DNA of 63,759 nt, filler included, from Lenisia limosa (lineage: Eukaryota > Protista > Breviatea): NCBI GenBank assembly GCA_001655205.1. It is 11 parts of 11 records of this genome, joined end to end, with 100 filler letters (N's around TTAATTAATTAA, not from the genome) between each part and the next. Parts side by side here need not be neighbours in the genome. Positions count along the whole stretch, not along the records: positions 43,609 to 45,571 come from LPNZ01001572.1; positions 45,672 to 49,853 come from LPNZ01004465.1; positions 49,954 to 52,743 come from LPNZ01003379.1; positions 52,844 to 57,341 come from LPNZ01003631.1; positions 57,442 to 63,759 come from LPNZ01005532.1; 6 more parts are not named here. The stretch is one strand, 5' to 3'. Below, piece by piece: positions 44,823 to 57,809 of the stretch. The notes under the pieces are model-generated. The model saw only the letters and a program-made list of their open reading frames with translations, was not told where the DNA came from and made no database searches. Both the position numbers and the translations under genes were made by a program. Positions within the stretch are counted from its first letter, which is position 1, and every line of letters begins with the position of its first letter.

Positions 44823-44972
44823 TACACATCGGCGCATCAACTTGGGATTCCCTCATATTTTTTGGAATCCCACAAATTACTTCAAATTTCCATCAAATTT
44901 TATGGGATTCCCATGTAAAGTATGAGAATCCCAACGTTTTTACAAGAACCCCAAGTTGATGCGCCGAGTGTA
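44823..44972. mobile_element. MITE M4, about 150 bp
   Basis: TIR TACACATCGGCGCATCAACTTGGG ... CCCAAGTTGATGCGCCGAGTGTA with TA ends. Confidence 0.75.
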
Positions 44973-45767
44973 GACTCTATTAAAACTATGATCATAAAGA
45001 TCAGGCAGTTTCACTTCGGTTCAAAAAAAGACTAAATTTCTCGATAAATCCTCGAAAATATCAATATTTTACCAGACTTTTTCGAACCTAAGTGAAACCC
45101 TAGAGAAACCCAGATAACTCACATTCACAGCACGGCATTCTTCTACATCAATACGCACGATGAGATTCTCATGTTAAATGAGCCCCATATTCAAAGCTAT
45201 AGAACTTTCAAGCTGATGAATGGTGGGCTAAAGTAATTATTTCTTAGAGCAAGATAAGATAATCAATAAAATGGTGGTGAAACAACTATANNNNNNNNNN
45301 NNNNNNNNNNNNNNNNNNNNNNNNNNNNNNNNNNNNNNNNNNNNNNNNNNNNNNNNNNNNNNNNNNNNNNNNNNNNNNNNNNNNNNNNNNATTATAATAT
45401 GAATGGAACGTCCACTTCTTACTTGTATTGATGTTCATACTATTCAACTTGGAACTCTGATGAAATAGCTGCGAACCCCATTATTTAAATATTTGATACT
45501 GAGCATATGTTGAGTTTCAGATTCTTCTGTTCGTGATTAGTACCGTAAAGCCAATATTCTTCATCGAAATTNNNNNNNNNNNNNNNNNNNNNNNNNNNNN
45601 NNNNNNNNNNNNNNNTTAATTAATTAANNNNNNNNNNNNNNNNNNNNNNNNNNNNNNNNNNNNNNNNNNNNATATGTTTATATAGGAGCTATATGATATA
45701 ATATAATTCTGTATAAGAGATATTATTTCTCATATCGATAACGTCTTATCTTTCATCATTCCCAGTC

Positions 45768-46310
45768 TCTCTCCGGCGTGGCGCTTGCGTTCCAAAAGCT
45801 ACATTCCTCCCTGGAACCCGCCTTTCATGCATGCCAATGGATAGATGAGCACAGCGGTTTACAGTAAGGGGGGGGGGGTGGTTTTGTGGCTTTCCAAAAC
45901 GGGGTGACTGTCAAAAAAGGAAGTTTCAGTAAAAGCCCTGATTATCTTCAAAAATCAACTTTCAGCTGAATTTATTGTATATTTTATCGATATGGGTATT
46001 TTTGAAATGCAAATAAAGGAGGGTTTTTGGAGGAGGAGGGGGTTGGACTGGAAACATATGATATCAATCAGAGCTTCACTTTCACTTCCAAAAGAGTAAT
46101 ACAATATCGATCATTATCGATGATTTATCTATTTTGGAACTGAAAGTTAAACTCTACTATTAAATCGTAATTTCAAACTCTGCACTCAGGTATATTTTTG
46201 TGGTTTCACTTTCAGAATTTCTGCGATTGACGAGCTCTTCCGGATAATGTCCACAAGTATCGAGAAGCCACAGCTGCGGTCCAAATCCACCATTCCACTC
46301 GTACGAAAGC
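45768..46310 (+). CDS. Hypothetical protein fragment (two exons)
   Basis: SLSGVALAFQKLHSSLEPAFHACQWIDEHSGL and ISAIDELFRIMSTSIEKPQLRSKSTIPL, with GT/AG boundaries. Confidence 0.35.
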
Positions 46311-46689
46311 ATGATATACATTCTATTTGATATACATTCTATTTTCTTTCTGCTTTGCTTCAGTTTGCTCTTATGATCCGATTTGGCACTTTTGTTTTAC
46401 TTGAACCTTTTTTGTTAGGGTTTATTATTATTTTTTTTTTTTTTTTTTGCTGTTTCATTANNNNNNNNNNNNNNNNNNNNNNNNNNNNNNNNNNNNNNNN
46501 NNNNNNNNNNNNNNNNNNNNNNNTTGCACATTAAAACTTGATTTCTGAAAACGCGGAAGCTTTGAAATTTGCGGATATTTCCTCCCATTCCCGCTTCAAC
46601 TTGGGCAATGGGGGAGGTCAAAGGGTTGAAAAGAAGAGAAATGTAAACATGATCATCAAATGAAAACGTCTTCAGGGAAATGCCTAAAA

Positions 46690-47270
46690 CAACTGTACGC
46701 TTTTTCTTCTTCGATTTCTTCATCATCCGTATATTCGGCCTCATCATCGTCAGCGTTGAAGAGGGCAGCTGGAACCTTTTTCATCACCTGCAGATGACGA
46801 AGATCTCGAGGGGTCTATAGTTGTGAGTAAAATAATTGGATTCTTATGATTGATGAAAAACAAAAAAAAAAGTGAGTACAACAGGAACAATAAAATTGAC
46901 ATTATCAATATCAAAGATCAGGAGTACAATCATGATAGCCTATAATATCAATGCAAAGGTCTCCAAACGAAGGTAGGTCGAGGGGATACTAGTAAAAATA
47001 ACTACACGCAGAGACCCCCTCCCCATAGCATACGCGCTACAACCTGCTTCTTCCTGGGGTCTACACCTTTCCGAATGAGCCTTCTCAAGTTGCCCAACCG
47101 GGAAAAGGTGTTTTCCCTTAGTAGTAGTGGAATGACGCATTTTACTCTCTAGCCCAATTCCCAGTCTACATGGTTGTGTTGTTCCTGGCAGCCTGATGCA
47201 AAGAAACACAATCGATCCAAAATTGTGACATATCACATTAATAGGACCAGAATCCACAACTTCACCTGGA
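46690..47270 (-). CDS. Hypothetical protein with acidic segment
   Basis: Exons including NLRRLIRKGVDP and TPRDLRHLQVMKKVPAALFNADDDEAEYTDDEEIEEEK. Family not established. Confidence 0.35.
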
Positions 47271-47399
47271 GCCCCTAGCTGGAATTGTATAAATTTTCAT
47301 AAATAGGAACAGTTAAAATATAACAATTTTTTTTTTGTTCCGAATTAAACTTTTAGATATTTCACCTACTTTGCGAGTCTTTTTTCCAGTACCTTTCTC

Positions 47400-49750
47400 C
47401 CGCAGCTTCTCTTGGTATGCAGACATTTACCTTGGAGCTATATACATTACGGTGCATTGGCATTCAACTTATGTAGTATTTTGGAATCTCAACTTAGGGT
47501 TTGTTTCTCAACTTGTGTTATACCCTTGTGTATGTTCCATACAGAGTTGATTCTTGGTTTTTTTTTTGTTTAATTAATTTTTCAATTACATATACCCCAC
47601 AGATCATTTTACTTTGTAGAAAATCTGGCCTCAGCAGTATCGTACTTGAAGTTTTTCGGGTTCCAAACAATCCTAATTCAAGCGGCCCAAGTTGCCCTCA
47701 GACGGCTCATTGAGAGGAATGTCAAGGATGAGGAGCTGCCACATGAGAAAACTGTTTTGAAAGGTGTGTGTCGGAGGGGGTGAGAGAGGCAGTTTTTTGT
47801 TAAAAGAGTGGTGTGTTCCTTCGTGTTAACCCCCCTCCCCCCATTTTATTTGTTTTGTTGTTCTCACTCAACCCTCGTGGGTTATCAGCCAACAGAGTTA
47901 ATTTTGGGATTTTGTATTTGATTAATTCCCCCCCCCCCATAGGATTGATATCAGTGGTGGGGGCGTCTCTGGACGCGTTAGATCAGAACTTTCTGGAGCT
48001 GGACAAGGAGGTTGGTTCTGAAACTGACAGTAATGGTTATTGTAAAATCATATGTATGTGGAATTATCATTGTTGGAACGTATTGTCTTCATCATTATAC
48101 GAGCATGTAATATAATTTTCATTATCATGTATGTCATCTGAATCGTCAAATGATATAGAAATAGTTCTTTTCTTATAGCTCATTATAACAGACTTTGTAT
48201 CGTTCTTCTGACTTCTCAGAAAAGGAAGAAGCTGGAAGATGACGTGTTGTTTGACCTGCATATGTGAGAGATTTTTTGAGAAAAGATTTAGAGTTTGATT
48301 TTGTCATTTTGAATTCTGCCATTCAACATACCGTGACCACTATAAATCTGTTTACGATTAAAGTTAAAGCTCATCATCCGTATATTTACTTTTCACGGTC
48401 TGTATAATACAGTGACCGGGATAAGTCTTGATCGATTTGCTATTGATTTTCCAAGGAAAATAGGTCAAGACTTAACCCGGTCACTGTATGTATCATACAA
48501 TGTACTCAACCCCAATGTTGTATTGATGACTGACTTACCCCAGGGTTATCATTGAGGAGTATTCGCGGCACTTCAACGAATTATTGAGGCAATGGCCCCA
48601 GTCCCAGTTGGGGGGGGGGGGACTGTATTCTTTTATAGGTGTTTTAAAGGTGTTTTATGGGTTATTCCGTTTTGTTGTTATCAACCCTTGTGTGTTATCA
48701 GCCAACAGAGTTGATTTTGTGCTTTTTTTGTTTCATATATTTTCCAATTTTACCCCCACCCCTTGCAGGATCATGGCTGATGAGCTCCGCTTGGCCCTCA
48801 ATGCTACAAACCGGCATGACGTTCTCGCATCAAACCTAATTAAATTGTAGGCATGGGGAGGAGGTTCTACTATAAGGGTGTGGGGTGCTTTTCCTTATTT
48901 AAACTTAAAAATGAAGCAACACTTCTGACACTTTTGATTGTGTTTAGCATTTAAATGTACGTACATGTAGGCTTTTGAGAAAAGCCTTCACCTTGATTCT
49001 TTATGGGGCATTGATACTCCCATATAATTAAGGCTTCTCTACGTTGTTTAAAAAGACAGAATTCCTCGATAAATCCTTGAAAAATTTGAAACTTTTCCTG
49101 GTATTTTTCGGATAGTAAGGAAGCCCTACATAATATGATATGAATATACTATGTATTCCCCCACAGGTAATGCTTGTTTATTTTAGAACTACAAACACAT
49201 TTATCAATTAGAAGTGAGACAATATAAACTCTTTCATCTCAAATTATATATTTTACTCAATTTCCTCAATAATATTGAATTCTTAATCTCCAGCTAATCC
49301 CCCCAGTTTCACCACCGAAGTACTGACCCCTGTCTCCTCCACTGAGCACGTCATTTTCATGTTCTTGCGCGGCCTCTATCTTGCTGCTCATGTTGACGCC
49401 TCCGATTTTACGTCTTCGCGATTGGACGGCTTGTTGAAACCCTATATCAAGTAAGTCCCCGTCCCATCATTTCAAGTATGTCCCCGCCCTATCATCCATC
49501 ATATCAACCAGCAGTTTTCGTTAACAAGAGTATTTCCACAATATGAGCTCCAACAAGTTTACTTCATCATTTGAGCCTACTATTGTTTAACAGCCACAAT
49601 TTGAGTCAAAGATTGTCACACAAACCGTTTAACTTTATTGTTTGAGCAAGTCATTATCTTACGAACAGGGGGCGAAATGATGCGGTGCATACCATTGCTG
49701 CTGCCATCATTTCCGGAAAAGAGTGAGAGAGGGAGGGTGTTATGGAGATA
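47400..49750 (+). CDS. Hypothetical multi-exon protein
   Basis: In-phase spliced exons: NLASAVSYLKFFGFQTILIQAAQVALRRLIERN, GLISVVGASLDALDQNFLELDKE, VIIEEYSRHFNELLRQWPQSQ|IMADELRLALNATNRHDVLASNLIKL. Confidence 0.55.
48408..48488. mobile_element. MITE family M2, best copy, about 80 bp, TA-CAGTG ends (Tc1/mariner-like)
   Basis: TACAGTGACCGGGATAAGTCTTGA...TCAAGACTTAACCCGGTCACTGTA. Copies at 11895-11976, 26616-26694, 51470-51547 and a degenerate one at 555-612. Confidence 0.85.
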
Positions 49751-49952
49751 TTTGTTATTTTGTCTTGTTGTTTTTTGTTTTTGTTTTACTTGGGGACAAG
49801 CTTGGGGGGGGGGGTTAAATGATGCCAAATAAGCAAAAAGCAAAATCAACTCTNNNNNNNNNNNNNNNNNNNNNNNNNNNNNNNNNNNNNNNNNNNNTTA
49901 ATTAATTAANNNNNNNNNNNNNNNNNNNNNNNNNNNNNNNNNNNNNNNNNNN

Positions 49953-51400
49953 NTCGGAAGAGAGCCTCGAGCTCACTCAGGTCATGACGTCACCATCTGC
50001 CCAGTTCCATCTGTGTCTCCAGGAGCAGCCGTGGGGAGGGTGGTGCATTTCATCAGGTGATGGAACAAGTTATCATCTTTAGAAATGAAAATCAAACAAG
50101 ACTTCCACACCATCTCGTTCATAAGAGATATGGCTATGAAATTTTCTGTTGTGTGAACGAATGCTGATTTAGAGCAGGTGACTCATTTATGCTTTAAAAA
50201 TTTATTTAACATGTAACGATCTCAAATTCTTTGATTTATATTTCAAAGATCAAATGTAATGAACTTTGTCAACAAGGTCTATTCAAGAAGCCGACCAATG
50301 CCTCTTATTTCCCAAATTACCCACCACCTATACAGACGAGTCGTATTCCCAACAATAGCCGAGAATGAGCTCTTTCAGGACCTGGTGGCGGAGGCCGAGT
50401 CCATAGTGCAAGCAAGACTGTGGGTCGTAAGATACGACTATGCCAGTCTCAGCAATAATTCCATTTTCAAGTTTAGATTTGGCTAGAAAGTATTTTGTTA
50501 TTTCCTGTTAATTACAAGAAGTAACTTAGGTTAAGCTGTGTTTTTTTTTTGGCATTGTTATACTATGCTGATGTTTCGATCTAATCAATAAACACCAGGG
50601 ATGACCTCCATGCTGCTAATAAAGAACGCATTACACGGGCGTTGGAGGCCCATCTCAGCCAACTCGCGTGGGGGGGGGGGGCTTTCCGNNNNNNNNNNNN
50701 NNNNNNNNNNNNNNNNNNNNNNNNNNNNNNNNNNNNNNNNNNNNNNNNNNNNNNNNNNNNNNNNNNNNNNNNNNNNNNNNNNNNNNNNNNNNNNNNNNNN
50801 NNNNNNNNNNNNNNNNNNNNNNNNNNNNNNNNNNNNNNNNNNNNNNNNNNNNNNNNNNNNNNNNNNNNNNNNNCTTGAAACTAAAGGTGGGGGGAGGTAT
50901 GTGGAACGGTGGGTATAATGTCAGCAGCCTCCTATCATTCCTTTCCCTCCTAACATCCCCCAGCATCCTATAAGGACTTGGACAGTAGTAACCACATTGT
51001 CTCGGCAGCTTCGGACTTACTCCGAGCCGCGGCTGCATCTGTTGTGGTGGGAGAGGCTACATTTCAGATGGAATTGATTGTTCTTTCGGCTTCTTACTGC
51101 TAAGGACCCCTTGCTGGTGTCCATCCAATCAACACTTTCGCGCCTGTCATCTAACGAGGATATCCCACAGCTGCTGGTGGGTCGTGGTCATTGTTTGGAT
51201 TAAAACTAATGGGTTTCAATGCATTTGAAAGAACAAGCTCCGCTATAATGCCCTCCCCCCCCAGGCTCAGTTTTCCGCTTTTTGTCCATAATTCTTCCAT
51301 TTTCTTACCCCCCCACCTGGTAGCAACGTATTCGGGAGCTGGACCGACAGCTGCAACTCACGGAAGAAGCTGCTTCAGGGCTGCATAGGGCGGCTGAAAG
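49953..51400 (+). CDS. Hypothetical multi-exon protein fragment
   Basis: For example RVVFPTIAENELFQDLVAEAESIVQARL, with AG and GTGGG boundaries. Confidence 0.35.
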
Positions 51401-51649
51401 CCAACTAAATAGAATATTTGAGAAGATGTCCTACGTCGTGTCTTTGGTGGGGCTTGTTGTGAGGATAGACAGTGACCGGGATAAGCCTTGACCGATTTGC
51501 TATGCGGGTTCCCAAGAAAAATAGGTGGACGTATCCCGGTCACTGTACACTGTTCCGCCTTTTGCTGATATCATGACACGCTATAATATTGTGGTGGATC
51601 TGGTGGCGGCGTTTGCTGTGTGTATATCATAAGCATGCCGTCCTACATA

Positions 51650-52520
51650 TATCATGACCCACACGCCTCACGCAACAGTGGCGCGAGGAAGCAGCCCTCC
51701 GTGATGCCTCTGAATCGCTGGCCAAAGCCGCCGACTCCGAAGCCTCAAGATCGCTCGTCACTCTCAACCAGGTGTCATCCAAGGTGGGCAGGCTGCAGTT
51801 TTTTTTGTGCTGAATTGTTGATATGGTGTTATTGTCGTATTTTCTTGTGTTTTATTCCACACACAATATTAAACCTAACCTTCTTCCTCCAAATTGCGAT
51901 TGAACCTCACGACATTAGTATGAGAGTCAACGAGCAGACCTAAAGGCCCAGTTGAAAGTCTCAAACGACAAACTCGAAGCTACCAGGGTGTGATGCCATA
52001 TAATAGGGTGTTAAAAGATATAAGACACAGCATTTTATTTAAGATTAAGGACCGTATCATATGGCACGCCTTGGACCCCCCACTACGTTGTCACAGCGTC
52101 TTGATTCTGAATATTATTGTGGAATAATCTCCATGCAGCGAGACTTGGAAGTTGAGAAGGACAGGGTGCGCTACTTCAGCTCCAAGTACCAGACTGCTGC
52201 TGATGAGCTGGCCGATCTAAAGATCAAACACGAGGCTGTATCAAAGAAGGTGACTAAGCCTTCGTTTTACTCACCTCACATTTCGGTTTTACTTGTATTT
52301 TGGGCTCTTAATTTTGTTCTCATCATCAATAACACCATGCCCAGTACGCCAAACTCTCGGAAGAGGAGTCGTCATCGAAGTCATCGCGCCAGACACAGGC
52401 TCGCGACCTTGAGCAGCTGTCGGCACTGGCGGCATCGTTCGCTTCCGCCATAGCCCGCAATCGACGGAGTTCTTCAGGTCTCGCTACGAGCCTCAAAGTG
52501 GGGGTATGATGGCTACGTCA
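51650..52520 (+). CDS. Coiled-coil protein exons
   Basis: QWREEAALRDASESLAKAADSEASRSLVTLNQ, YESQRADLKAQLKVSNDKLEATR, QRDLEVEKDRVRYFSSKYQTAADELADLKIKHE. May belong to the gene at 49953-51400. Confidence 0.5.
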
Positions 52521-53551
52521 TGCAATGGTACACTTAGGTGTGGTTATCATCTTACGAACACTATATTATATACTATCTTTTCTTCGCTTATTTCTGATAA
52601 AATCATAGTTTAAATATTCGGAACTGCCCGGTGAATAATCACTGTAGACCGACCGGAAAACCCCGGGTACCCCCCAGGCCCCTCTTACCCGGGCCGAGAG
52701 TCAGTCCATCCCATCTACAACGGGTTTTAGACCCATCGCCGCCNNNNNNNNNNNNNNNNNNNNNNNNNNNNNNNNNNNNNNNNNNNNTTAATTAATTAAN
52801 NNNNNNNNNNNNNNNNNNNNNNNNNNNNNNNNNNNNNNNNNNNACACCGACTACACCGACCCTTATGTGAGGAGGGGACCTCTCTTTTGAAAGGGGTGAA
52901 TCAAAGAGTGGTTGGTTTAAGGTTATTCCCAGGTTATCATCATAATAATTTGGAATACGTTGGTATGAGACCATAACGTTTCAGTATTACAGAGCGTCCT
53001 ATCATTGGGTTGCCATCCTTCCTGGTGATTATAGATAGAGCTGTTTCTCTTTTGTTATAAACTTGCACTCTTGTCAGCTTCAAAGAAGAGTATTCAGGTT
53101 GGGCATATCATATTGAACCAGATCATATTGAACCAGAGTTATATATAAAAAAACAAGATGAAATTCATGTAAAAGGAGCAATCAAGGCTGATTGGGAATA
53201 TCAGCAGTACCTCGCTGTATCAAGTGGATCCAAAACAATAAAAATAAAACACATGACTGTACATACCCTAAATCACCTAAGACTAGCCTATTTCTGGTCA
53301 CCAACACTGTACAGAAAACCCCGGCACTTCGAAGAGCCACATCGACATTTGATGTTCTTCACCCCCACCGGGAGCGTGTCGAAATGGTACTAAGGAATAA
53401 CAAGAGGGAGAGGAATCGGTTCAGTTCAGTTCATTCCTTACATAGCAATGAGAAATACAAAATAAGGTTGCATCTGTCCACACTATCACGCATATAAGAG
53501 ATATTGGATTGTAGTATAATAATAATTCACCCAATCATTTAATCATTTGCC

Positions 53552-56354
53552 TTAAAACTGTGCACATAGCTTACTGGGTGCCTCCCCAGCAAACATCATA
53601 GTCGAATGTGAGCTCCTCTCCAGCTTTGATGTCACGTTTGGCGAAGAAACACAGTCGTTTGAGTCGATAGTCAAACACTGCCGTGCGTGGGTACTTTTCA
53701 ATGTCGATAGAAGGGACAAGGCGCTAGAAAGTTGAAAACAATAGCGCAGAAGATCTTGGGCGTGGAGGCATGGTAATTTGTTTATGGTAGTATCCGTATT
53801 TATTTGTTTCCATAGATTTCTTATGTAATGTCTTTTTTTAAAAAAAGAAGAACAGGTCCAAACCATAAGGCCACATGGCTGCCTACCCTCGGGAAATACG
53901 ACACATTGGCACACGGCTTGTCTATCAGCTGCATTGTAAGAAATAATGGCAGCAAACGGAACTGAAGCGCTGCTGCATCATGCATTATACTTTCCTGATT
54001 AACCTCAACGCACCTCTTGCACAGATATGCCTTTGTCCCGCACTTCAGCCCAAACTTCGTCCAACTCTGGAACCACCCTCACTATTGATGGGAATATCTG
54101 GGGGGTCAGATAAAACAAACAGCATTTGCTGCCTCTTACTTGTACAGCTTAACAAAATGTGTGAATAAAAGGCATCAAACGATTGCATTATCAGAGCCGT
54201 CAATACCATCACATTAGACAAGGGCATTGAGTAACGTGTAGTTATCAGATACAGTGCATTTCTGTCATTTTCAAAGAACCACAGCCTACGGAAAAAACCT
54301 CCATGTTGGGCGTGCAGCAGTGGTTAAAAAATCGGCTCTCGTTGCCATACTAAACGACATCAGACGACACATTATATTCAGTTGCATTTAAAAATGACAA
54401 CAGTTACGATGTGTAGTAATATGTATGAACCTACAGCCTAAATAACACCAAACAACATCCAAATTGAACAAAATAAGATGCGAGTGCTGGAATAATGCAA
54501 CGCGATAAGAGGAATATCCAAGAAAGTTCGTTACCTGATAAGCATCAACAGCAGTGACCGTGTCACCCCTAAAGTATCAATCACAAAACCCACAATGAGA
54601 AATAAACTCAAGCTATAATATATGCTGTAGAAAAGAGAAAACGAGATTAGAAGAATTAAGCCATATTATGATATAGTACTACTATCTCACAAAACCGAAT
54701 CACTACCCCCCAAANNNNNNNNNNNNNNNNNNNNNNNNNNNNNNNNNNNNNNNNNNNNNNNNNNNNNNNNNNNNNNNNNNNNNNNNNNNNNNNNNNNNNN
54801 NNNNNNNNNNNNNNNNNNNNNNNNNNNNNNNNNNNNNNNNNNAGAAATGGCTTCGGATGTCGGCAATCTCATCGGGTAGCAGCTCCCCGGTATACCTACA
54901 GACGTGACAAATAGAATCCAGAATTGTTTGGAAAGATTATTTGTTGTAAAAAGTTCTGTAAGGAATACGAACACATGGATTATCACAATTGAAATGATTG
55001 CTGACGCTTTTGTCCTTTGTATTGTTTTCGATTTCCCTCAAGTTTCCTTCCAGAATGTGCTTATTTGATGGTCCACAATATATAAAATCGCCCCCCCCCC
55101 TCCCACTCCATGATGTAGGTTCCAGCCTCAATGTCTCGCCGAGCTCGGACGGCGTAGTATTCCTTGGACTTCATAAAGGTCTCGGCAATGCCCGGCACGG
55201 GAGATGATTGGGTCCGCATGTTGCTGCAGAAGCCCTGAATACAACTGCATTGTTCAGGTACACACTCGTGGATGCGCTTGCCCTGGTCCAAGTTCAAACA
55301 GCCGTCAATGTACGGTGGCTGAGGGGTTATGCCTGCTCCAACTGTGCAAAAAAGGATAAAAATTCTGGATGAGACTTGATAGCTGTGTACCCCAGAGAAG
55401 CCGTAGAAATAGGAGGATAGCCCAGAACCTAGAAGAACACACACTATTAAATAGACCTTCAACAATATTGAGAATGTTTCTGGTTTTACTTTCCACAATA
55501 CAGAGTTTCACATTCCCTCCCACCCCTTGTAACCCTAGTTCATCTTGGAAGTTACTAATGATGCAGGTGCAGCTTTCGGGTAAACAAAGCCCATCTTCGC
55601 AGCTACATTGGGGCATTTCATTTGGCTCTGCATTGGGGTCATAAAGGTACCAAACCGAAAACAAACAAAAAACACATAATCATATCTTCTCTGATTAATT
55701 CTGTGGGAGCTACTAAAACCAGCAGCCAAGTATGATGCCCCTCAAACTATGGGTCTTCAGAATGTATGACAGAAATGAGGGTGCAACAATGACAGTGTCA
55801 GTGTACTAAAAGGGTCAATGAAAGCGAAATTACAATTCTTTTAACACAACGAGATATAATTACTGAAGAATCGAAGCACTACATTTTTTTGTATAAAACA
55901 GTACCAAACCATAAAATTAAGCAAGGTTCTTAAATCACAATAAATAATAACAGAGAACTCACTTACATTGAACTGTGTTTTCTTGGAGAGTTTTGCTCGT
56001 GCGGAAAAATGTTCGTTTTCATACTACAGAATGACCAACAAAATGGGACAATATTGGGGAATGTTATTTCAGCTTTAGCATTTCGTAAAATATCTTCCAA
56101 AAAAAAACCCCAAATACAAATTTTCCTCTCAATCCCAAACCACGTACATCCAGCTCCTTGACGATCTTGTGCTCCACATTGTTCAGTAAAGGAACAAACA
56201 ACTCGCCAATCTGAGGCTCACGGATCGCTACATATGGCGGTTCAATAGTGAAGCTTTTATCAAAGCATTCCACCAAGGTCTTGTAGTCATCACTATCACG
56301 GACTTCTTCGGGACACAGGTTCCTTAGTCGCTTACGACGGCGATTGAGGCCCAT
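53552..56354 (-). CDS. Pre-SET/SET-domain histone lysine methyltransferase (SUV39/G9a/SETMAR-like)
   Basis: Pre-SET Cys clusters PQCSCEDGLCLPESCTC and IHECVPEQCSCIQGFCSNMRTQ. SET motifs YAVRARRDIEAGTYIME|YTGEL, VDAY and YGNESRFFNHCCTPN. The 3' end is uncertain. Confidence 0.85.
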
Positions 56355-56427
56355 TGTGATAGAGGTTTTTGTGTGGGGGGGTAAAGTTATCTCTCTCTTG
56401 TCTGGATAAGCTCTTTATTTATTTACA

Positions 56428-57175
56428 ATGTATCTAAGTGTAATGGTTGAGATTAAAAAGGGAGCAAAAGGGCAGGCTGGCGAACTCGGAGCCCAAAGAC
56501 TAAAACGAGGCGCCACGTTGACGCGCATTATTAAGGAGACGAATTTGAGAAAAGAGAAGCTCAGAGCAGAGAAGGAAGACTGGACAAAGTCTGGAAGACT
56601 GGAAGAAGAAAAAAAAACAAAAAAGCGAGAAACAGGAGAAACAAAGAATGTTTTGTTGATCCAAAGAGGAAGTTAATATCATATTATGGGTGATCCTGGT
56701 GACTCAAATACAGCATGCAGCTACTGTGGTTTGACGTATTTTTCCAAGGGGGAATCCATAAAACTGAAGAAGGAACTTGAGGAACTTCAACACTCATTAA
56801 AATCGATTGACGTAGGGGGGGGGGGGTCATGATGCAGCATTGCCTTTTGGTTGTGGTTGTTTCTTTCATGATGCAGTATTGCCTTTTATTGTGGTTGTTT
56901 CTTTGTTGATGTCTATTTTCATGATCACAGGCCCCTGAATCAGCTTCTCTTGAAATTGGCAGACTTGGGAGAAGGGTATGGGAACCTTTCAGTTTCCTTC
57001 TTGTCACGCACATATTGCTCTTTTTAGGCTAAGTGGCGCTGCACCGGGTAAAGTGCATCTGAGCCTGGTTTAGTTTCTCTTCACACCCGATAGGTTGGGG
57101 AGCTGGCGGCTGAGAACGATGAACTTCGCGATCGCGCAAGGAAGGCTGGCTCGGTTATTGCTGGTGGGGTGGAGG
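56428..57175 (+). CDS. Coiled-coil protein with N-terminal CxxC (weakly LEKR1-like), 3'-partial
   Basis: K/E-rich first exon, then DSNTACSYCGLTYFSKGESIKLKKELEELQ and VGELAAENDELRDRARK. The family call is from memory only. Confidence 0.5.
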
Positions 57176-57441
57176 ATTGGTTATGTATGGGTGGAGGGGG
57201 CTTTGGCATATAGGGCTTCCCTTTTCTTGGAGCAAGAGAATACATTGCTTCCCTACGGTCCCCCAAAAAACAGAATTCCTCGATTAGTCCTCGATAAATT
57301 TCGATATTTTACCAGTCTTTCTTGGACACTAGGGAAGCCCTNNNNNNNNNNNNNNNNNNNNNNNNNNNNNNNNNNNNNNNNNNNNTTAATTAATTAANNN
57401 NNNNNNNNNNNNNNNNNNNNNNNNNNNNNNNNNNNNNNNNN

Positions 57442-57513
57442 CGTTGAGTATCCATGGTATAGTCCACCCCGTTGAGTATCCATGGTATAGTCCACCCCGT
57501 TCAGTATCCATGG
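57442..57513. repeat. 28-bp tandem repeat, about 2.6 copies (CGTTGAGTATCCATGGTATAGTCCACCC)
   Basis: Direct inspection; lies at a scaffold start. Confidence 0.85.
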
Positions 57514-57809
57514 CCAGTCTCATATCGTTTCAGGGTTGTGTCCATACAGTGCCGCCCAAAAGTGTTCTTCCATCCTTCCCATTTGCCCACCACAGGTCGG
57601 AGTTTTTCGCATGCCCTGCCTATGGAAAAAGGTACGAAGTTGCTGGAGCAAATTTTTCTCTTTTTTGACAAATCAATCTCATTGTCAAATAAAACACAAA
57701 TCAAATTTTATACTTAACCAATTTTATACACATCTTCTTAACAAGTCTTTCATATTATATGAAAATGATATATTACAGATTCTGTCATACCTGGAAAATG
57801 ACACCCCTA

